Shown here piece by piece: positions 14,147 to 20,698 of a DNA stretch of 20,698 bases; the first letter of the stretch is position 1; the number at the start of each line of letters is the position of its first letter. The DNA lies in contig CAXHJY010001765.1 of the NCBI GenBank assembly GCA_964016885.1, positions 1 through 20,698 of the forward strand, given 5' to 3'. Made by a program: the position numbers and the translations under genes. The notes under the pieces were generated by a model. That model did no database searches, had not been told where the DNA came from, and worked only from the letters and a program-made list of their open reading frames with translations. The stretch comes from Eledone cirrhosa (lineage: Eukaryota).

Positions 14147-14261
14147 GGCACGTGGCTTAGTGGTTAGAGAAATGGATTCACAACCATGATGTTGCGAGTT
14201 CAATTCTTGGACTGGGTGATGCATTATGTCCTTGAGCAAGACAATTTATTTCACGTTGCTC
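14147..14261 (+). mobile_element. tRNA-derived SINE, 3'-truncated
   Basis: A box TGGCTTAGTGG (14153-14163), B box GAGTTCAATTC (14196-14206), then the conserved central motif TGTCCTTGAGCAAGACA. Confidence 0.8.
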
Positions 14262-14744
14262 TTTCTGTCAGGCGTTGCAACTGGTAGATAGTATCAGCAA
14301 TGGAAAGACCAATGGAAACATTGTTCCCTCAGTCCGATTTGACGAGCTCCACCGCACTCGGTAAGAGAACGTGGTCTGGCATCTTGACTGTTTCTTACAT
14401 GACTCCGGTCTCTCTCTGCCATATCAATTTCATGACCTCATACTTTCTTCAGTTACGTCATTTGAGATAATTGTTCTCCATCCCATAAAAACTTTTCTGT
14501 CACTGGAAATTTTATTTTTGCGAGTGTTTGCCTTCCTCACTGACTTACACAGGGAGACTTTCGGGTCAGTTCAGTCCTGACCTGATCTCTTGCTGAACCT
14601 ATTTCCAAATGCATGCATGGCATCGCCTCGTTATTCCTGAGGGAGTCGTAGAGACGCTTTATTCACATACGGCGTTTCTAGGCCATTTTGTAAAACTTAA
14701 AGCAGCCCATCTCCTTCTCAGGTCTGAATACAGCAGATTTCTTC

Positions 14745-14962
14745 TAGAGAAGGATAGGAAGGGCGAGAGGGGAAGGGCGAGAGAGAAAGGGCGAGAGAGA
14801 AAGGGCGAGAGAGAAAGGGCGAGAGAGAAAGGGCGAGAGTGAAAGGGCGAGAGTGAAAGGGCGAGAGAGGGCGAGAGTGAAAGGGCGAGAGAGGAAGTGA
14901 GAAAGAGATAGAGAGGAAGTGAGAAAGAGATAGAGAGGAAGTGAGAAAGAAATATAGAGGAA
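14745..14962. repeat. Purine-rich minisatellites: ~14-bp AGGGCGAGAGAGAA units, then a 22-bp GAGAGGAAGTGAGAAAGAGATA unit x3
   Basis: Seen directly. Confidence 0.9.
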
Positions 14963-15105
14963 GAATCGACCCCAGTGGCTTTGTGAAAATTTCTGCGGGA
15001 TAGAGTTCAAGGTAGAGAAAATTAACCTTGAACTCTATCCGATTGAAATCTATTTCTGAGTGTTAGTAAACAATGCCGAGTACTCTCGGCATTGAGAACA
15101 TGTCG

Positions 15106-16155
15106 AGAGTACATGGAAGTGAGAAGAAGCGTAGAACACTCGGAAGTGAGAAGAGGCCTAGAGTACTTGGCAGTGAGAAGAAGCGTAGAACACTCGGAAG
15201 TGAGAAGAGGCCTAGAGTACTTGGCAGTGAGAAGAAGCGTAGAACACTCGGAAGTGAGAAGAGGCCTAGAGTACTTGCCAGTGAGAAGAAGCGTAGAACA
15301 CTCGGAAGTGTGAAGAGGCCTAGAGTACTTGGCAGTGAGAAGAAGCGTAGAACACTCGGAAGTGAGAAGAGGCCTAGAGTACTTGCCAGTGAGAAGAAGC
15401 GTAGAACACTCGGAAGTGTGAAGAGGCCTAGAGTACTTGGCAGTGAGAAGAAGCGTAGAACACTCGGAAGTGAGAAGAGGCCTAGAATACTTGGCAGTGA
15501 GAAGAAGCGTAGAACACTCGGAAGTGAGAAGAGACCTAGAGTAGTTGGCAGTGAGAAGAAGCGTAGAACACTCGGAAGTGAGAAGAGACCTAGAGTACTT
15601 GGCAGTGAGAAGAAGCGTAGAACACTCGGAAGTGAGAAGAGGCCTAGAGTACTTGGCAGTGAGAAGAAGCCTTGGACACTCGGAAGTGAGGCAAGACCTA
15701 GAGGACTTGGCAGTGAGAAGAAGCCTTGGACACTCGGAAGTGAGGTAAGACCTAGAGTACTTGGCAGTGAGAAGAAGCCTTGGACACTCGGAAGTGAGGT
15801 AAGACCTAGAGCACTTGGCAGTGAGAAGAAGCCTTGGACACTCGGAAGTGAGGTAAGACCTAGAGCACTTGGCAGTGAGAAGAAGCCTTGGACACTCGGA
15901 AGTGAGGTAAGACCTAGAGTACTTGGCAGTGAGAAGAAGCCTTGGACACTCAGAAGTGAGGTAAGACCTAGAGTGCTTGGCAGCGAGAAGAAGCCTTGGA
16001 CACTCGGAAGTGAGGTAAGACCTAGAGTACTTGGCAGTGAGAAGAAGCCTTGGACACTCGGAAGTGAGGTAAGACCTAGAGTACTTGGCAGTGAGAAGAA
16101 GCCTTTGACACTCAGAAGTGAGGTAAGACCTAGAGTACTTGGCAGTGAGAAGAGA
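15106..16155. repeat. 54-bp minisatellite (~19.5 copies; dimer of diverged 27-bp subunits) with two variant domains
   Basis: Unit AGAGTACTTGGCAGTGAGAAGAAGCGTAGAACACTCGGAAGTGAGAAGAGGCCT. After about 15665 the unit carries CCTTGGA...GAGGTAAGACCT. Confidence 0.97.
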
Positions 16156-16394
16156 TTTTAACTCAGAAGGCAGAGAATGGAAACAAATACCGCAAAGCAT
16201 TTTATTCCAACGTTTGTACGACTCCATTAAATCACAGCTTTGTAGATTGTTCAACTCCGAGGATGGTTTTAGTCAGATTCTGACCAAGGTGGGGCACCGC
16301 ATTCAAGAGATTAACTCAATAATATCGATCCCAATACTTGTTTTTTCATGTCTGCTTATTTTACCACTCTCTTTACATCGAATCACATAGAAAC

Positions 16395-16691
16395 GATCAC
16401 ACAGACACAATCGCGCACACACACACACAATCACACACACGCGATCACACACACACACGCACACACAATCACACACACAATCACACGCACATACACCCAC
16501 ACACACACCCACACCCACACACACAATCACACACTCACACACACAATCACACACACAATCATAGACTCACACAATCACTCACTCACACACCCACACACTC
16601 AATCACACACACGCGATCTCACACACACACACACACAATCACACACACACACGCACAATCACACACACAGACACACACACACACACACACC
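16395..16691. repeat. (CA)n microsatellite with AATC interruptions, likely the tail of the adjacent minus-strand SINE
   Basis: Seen directly; abuts the SINE 3' end. Confidence 0.9.
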
Positions 16692-16853
16692 ATAGGTTGT
16701 CGCAGTGTCTTTCTACCAAATTCCACAAGGCTTTCGTCAAGCAGAGTCAATAGTAGAAGACACTTGCCTGAGATGCTACGCTGCAGGACTGTACCCCTCG
16801 AAACTACGTGGTTGCAAAACGGACTACGTGACCACGCAGTCATACCAGCGCCT
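16692..16853 (-). mobile_element. Diverged tRNA-derived SINE
   Basis: Reverse complement: GGCGCTGGTATGACTGCGTGGTCA (A-box-like)...GGGTACAGTCC (B-box-like)...GGCAAGTGTCTTCTACTAT...AAAGCCTTGTG...ATTTGGTAGA, followed by (TG)n. Resembles an octopus SINE as I recall it. Confidence 0.75.
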
Positions 16854-16857
16854 GTGT

Positions 16858-16858
16858 A

Positions 16859-16909
<51 letters not shown>

Positions 16910-17030
16910 CTTTTATATATAAATGTATGCGTATATATATATATATATATTTAATATACATACATATACTTTTATATATAAATGTATGTATATATATATA
17001 TATATACATATACTTTTATATATAAATGTA

Positions 17031-17084
<54 letters not shown>

Positions 17085-17394
17085 CATACATACACTTTTA
17101 TATATAAATGTATGCATATATATATATATATATATATACACTTTTATATATAAATGTGTGCATATATATTTATATATATACTATATATATATATATACAT
17201 ACACTTTTACATATAAATGTGTGCATATATATATACTATATATATATATATATATATATACAATCACATACTTTTGTATATAAATGTATGCATATAAATA
17301 TATATATATATATATATACATGCATATACTTTTATATATAAATGCATGCATATACTTTCATATATAAATGTATGCATGCACACACACACACACA

Positions 17395-17432
<38 letters not shown>

Positions 17433-17492
17433 GTGCGTGGGTGTGTGTATAACACATATACATACACATATATATATATATACTTATATACA
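16858..17492. repeat. (TA)-rich compound satellite with recurring CTTTTATATATAAATGTATGCAT units
   Basis: Seen directly. Confidence 0.9.
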
Positions 17493-17739
17493 TCGCTCGA
17501 ATATTAATCAACAAAATAACAATGTATTCAACATTAAACGGAAGAAAGATATTTGATTTTTCTTATTTCTTCTGGAATAGGATGAGTTTTGAGTGTAGTC
17601 CAGTGAAGGAAGGAGGACCTATCGGATATTATAGTTCTCTTGCTAAAAATAGCTCAGTTCGCTAAACTGAATTCGTCTCTCTAAAGATCGTCTGTTTGCA
17701 ATTGCGGTAGCTTTATCGCATTTTATTGTATGGTTGTAT

Positions 17740-18094
17740 GGTGGATTGGCAGTATCGGTAGAGGGTCGGACGCCATGCTAGGGTGGTGGATTGGCAGTAT
17801 CGGTAGAGGGTCGGACGCCATGCTAGGGTGGTGGATTGGCAGTATCGGTAGAGGGCCGGACGCCATGCTAGGGTGGTGGATTGGCAGTATCGGTAGAGGG
17901 CCGGACGCCATGCTAGGGTGGTGGATTGGCAGTATCGGTAGAGGGCCGGACGCCATGCTAGGGTGGTGGATTGGCAGTATCGGTAGAGGGCCGGACGCCA
18001 TGCTAGGGTGGTGGATTGGCAGTATCGGTAGAGGGCCGGACGCCATGCTAGGGTGGTGGATTGGCAGTATCGGTAGAGGGTCGGACGCCATGCT
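17740..18094 (+). repeat. 45-bp tandem repeat x8 formed from a SINE 5' head
   Basis: Unit GGTGGATTGGCAGTATCGGTAGAGGGYCGGACGCCATGCTAGGGT starts at 17740, 17785, ... 18055; the last unit is partial. Confidence 0.96.
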
Positions 18095-18240
18095 TTCCAG
18101 CATAGAGTTGCGGCCCTTCTCATTCTGAGTTCAAATCCCGCCGAGGTTAACTTTGCCTTTCATCCTTACGGGGTCGATAAAATAAAGTACCAGTAATGCA
18201 CTGGAATAATTGGTGGCCTTGTGCCAAAAGTAGAAACAAT
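18055..18240 (+). mobile_element. tRNA-derived SINE with a Nin-like central domain
   Basis: A-box-like TGGCAGTATCGG, B box GAGTTCAAATC (18127-18137), then GCCTTTCATCCTTACGGGGTCGATAAAATAAAGTACCAG, resembling the Nin domain. Confidence 0.82.
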
Positions 18241-18394
18241 TTATATTGTATGTGGATTGTATACAATACAGCAGGACATATTACATTGTTGTATATACAT
18301 GGTTGTATATACATGGTTGTATATACAGGCGGGGAATAGGGTACATTGGATTAATTGCCTCGGTATTTGTCTACGGTATACTGTGCTGTGTTGA

Positions 18395-18622
18395 TAGAGG
18401 GATAGATAGAGTGAGAGAGTGAGAGAGATAGAGTGAGAGAGAGAGATAGAGTGGGAGTGAGAGAGTGGGAGAGTGGGAGTGGGAGAGTGGGAGTGAGAGA
18501 GATAGAGTGGGAGTGAGAGAGTGAGAGTGAGAGAGAGTGAGAATGGGAGTGAGAGAGAGTGTGGGAGTGAGAGAGAGTGTGGGAGTGAGAGAGAGTGTGG
18601 GAGTGAGAGAGAGTGAGAGAAA
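18395..18622. repeat. GA/GAGT compound microsatellite
   Basis: Seen directly. Confidence 0.92.
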
Positions 18623-18649
18623 GACAGCGGCGGTCGATTCCTCTCTAGA

Positions 18650-19428
18650 TAGGAGAAGAAAAAAGGAGAAGAAAAAGGGGAGGCAGAAGAATGGGAGGAA
18701 GGAGGGGAAGGAGAAGGGGAGAGAAAGAAGGAGAAAGGAAGGGAGAGTAAGCAGGGGAAGCGGAGAGGAAGGAGAAGACGGGGGAGACAAAGAAGGAGAA
18801 GAGGAAGGGGAGAGGGAGAAGAGGAAGGGGAGAGGGAGAAGAGGAAGGGGAGAGGGAGAAGAGGAAGGGGAGAAGAGAAAGGGGAGAGAAAGAAGGGGAA
18901 GTGGAAGGAGAGGTGAAGAAGGAGAGGAGAGAAAGGAGAGGTGAAGAAGGAGAGGAGAGAAAGGAGAGGAGAGGAAGGAGGGGAGAGGAAGGAGGGGACA
19001 GGAAAGAGAAGGAGGGGAGAGGAAGGAGGGGACAGGAAAGAGGAGGGGACAGGAAAGAGGAGGGGAGAGGAAGGAGAAGAGGGGAGAGGAAGGAGAAGAG
19101 GGGAGAGGAAGGAGAAGGAGAGGAAGGAGAAGGAAGGGATAGGAAGGAGAAAGAGGGGATATGAAGGAAAAGAAGGCGAGGCGGAGAGAAGGAAAAGAAG
19201 GAGAAGAAGGAAGAGAAGGAGAGGGGGAGAGGTAAAAGAAGGAGAAGGAAGAGAAGGAAGAGAAGAAGGAAGGGAAGAAAGAAAAGAAGGAAGAGAAGAA
19301 GGAGAAGAAGGAGAAGAAGAAGTAAAAGAAGGAGGAGAAGAAGAAGTAAAAGAAGGAGGAGGAGAAGAAGAAGTAAAAGAAGGAGGAGGAGAAGAAGAAG
19401 TAAAAGAAGGAAAAACAAAGGAAAGAAA
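18650..19428. repeat. ~780-bp almost pure polypurine tract
   Basis: The plus strand is nearly all G/A, with internal 18-bp (GGAGAAGAGGAAGGGGAGAG-like) and 24-27-bp sub-repeats. Confidence 0.95.
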
Positions 19429-19743
19429 CGGTTGTGTTGAGACCCGAGAAGAGATGGGCTCCATCAAGTTTAAAATATCCCAAACAGGTGGTATGTCGGA
19501 AAAGTACAGCGACCCTACGGCTACAAGAACAGTTAAGGGCCGTCCGCTTTCCTTTCTTCACTTCAAATGATGAGAAGAACGTCTGCTCGCAACTGCGGTA
19601 GATCGCCTAATATGTTGTTCAGTGTGTACATTAGTACATTTTACCCGGTTCCTTCTCGTCGCCGTCGTCGTCGTCTGTCTATGTCTCAGTAGGAGTACGG
19701 TCAATATTTGCCCATATGCGACTATGGAGATGGTTGTCGCCGC

Positions 19744-20095
19744 ACATATATATATATATGTGTGTGTATGTGTGTGTGCGTGTGCGTGTGCGTGTGCGTG
19801 TGTGTAATTACATATATGTATAAATATAAATATATATATATGTATAAAATATATATATATATGTATAAATATACACACATATATATATATATGTATAAAT
19901 ATACATATATATATATATATGTATGTATATTTATATATATATATATGTATATTTATATATATATATATGTAGGTATATGTATGTATATTTATACATCATG
20001 CACACATACATACATACATACATACATACATACATACATACATACATGTATAATATAAATATGTATTTATGCATATATACTCACATAAACACAAA
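19744..20095. repeat. Compound TA/TG/TACA microsatellite
   Basis: Seen directly. Confidence 0.92.
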
Positions 20096-20406
20096 CACAA
20101 AATTGAATAAGGCAGACATACGAATTACAACACACATACACAGTGCATCGCCTTGTCACTGCATTAAATCTATATATTACTAACACTGTCGCATTGTTGG
20201 CGACTGGGTGTTTGGATTCTCTTCTTTTTCGCCATCTTTTTCCTCCGATTTCCTTCCAATGAGAAGCCATCCCACCCTCCGTCGTTGTCACGTAAAGTGG
20301 AGAGATAGAAAAACACATCAATTTCGGGGACAGCAAGAGTGACAAAATGACAACACGATTTATTTTAGTAGTCTTAGACACAATCACATACAGCTACGCC
20401 CCCACT

Positions 20407-20421
20407 AATATATATATATAC

Positions 20422-20467
<46 letters not shown>

Positions 20468-20698
20468 TATATAAATACATTATATATATATATATATATA
20501 TATATAAATATATATATATACATATATATATAATATATATAAATATATATATATACATATATATAAATATATATATATACATATATATATAAATATATAT
20601 ATATACATATATATATAAATATATATATATACATATATATAAAAATATATATATATACATATATATATATACATATAATATATATACATATATTTATA
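20407..20698. repeat. (TA)-rich microsatellite running off the right edge
   Basis: Seen directly. Confidence 0.95.

Noticed and set aside
14147-14220. tRNA gene
   Set aside because: A and B boxes are present, but there is no good cloverleaf and the sequence continues into a SINE core.
15106-18094. 54-bp and 45-bp arrays as CRISPR arrays
   Set aside because: Head-to-tail tandem repeats without unique spacers, no cas genes, eukaryotic context.
17713-18128. 15-aa repeat ORFs in three frames
   Set aside because: A consequence of the 45-bp SINE-head repeat.
18241-19570. Ser/Pro/Leu-rich and Glu/Arg/Gly-rich ORFs
   Set aside because: Products of a polypurine/polypyrimidine tract that is open in most frames.
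20067-20387. 106-aa minus-strand ORF in unique sequence
   Set aside because: No recognisable domain or convincing splice context; cannot be supported as an exon.

Overview
Eukaryotic, AT-rich, repeat-dominated DNA with no recognisable host gene. The SINE types and microsatellite load suggest an octopus or other cephalopod (inference). Bases 1-4123 hold a near-intact Penelope-like retroelement (PLE) on the minus strand. It has a single RT + C-terminal GIY-YIG ORF broken by two 1-nt frameshifts, an upstream pseudo-LTR that is a near-identical copy of its own 3' end, and a 32-nt inverted terminal segment fused to (TA)n. Hammerhead-like motifs lie in the pseudo-LTR. A ~4.9 kb irregular CC(AT)n satellite follows; it contains a strand-inverted block and a 190-bp island with a perfect 55-bp palindrome. 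The rest is decayed mobile DNA: an RTE-like LINE interrupted by a mariner-like end, a MULE transposase remnant, small GIY-YIG and LINE fragments, and three tRNA-derived SINEs, one with its 5' head amplified 8 times. There is also a 54-bp minisatellite that is open on both strands, plus polypurine tracts and microsatellites. Most ORFs in the supplied track are low-complexity artefacts.
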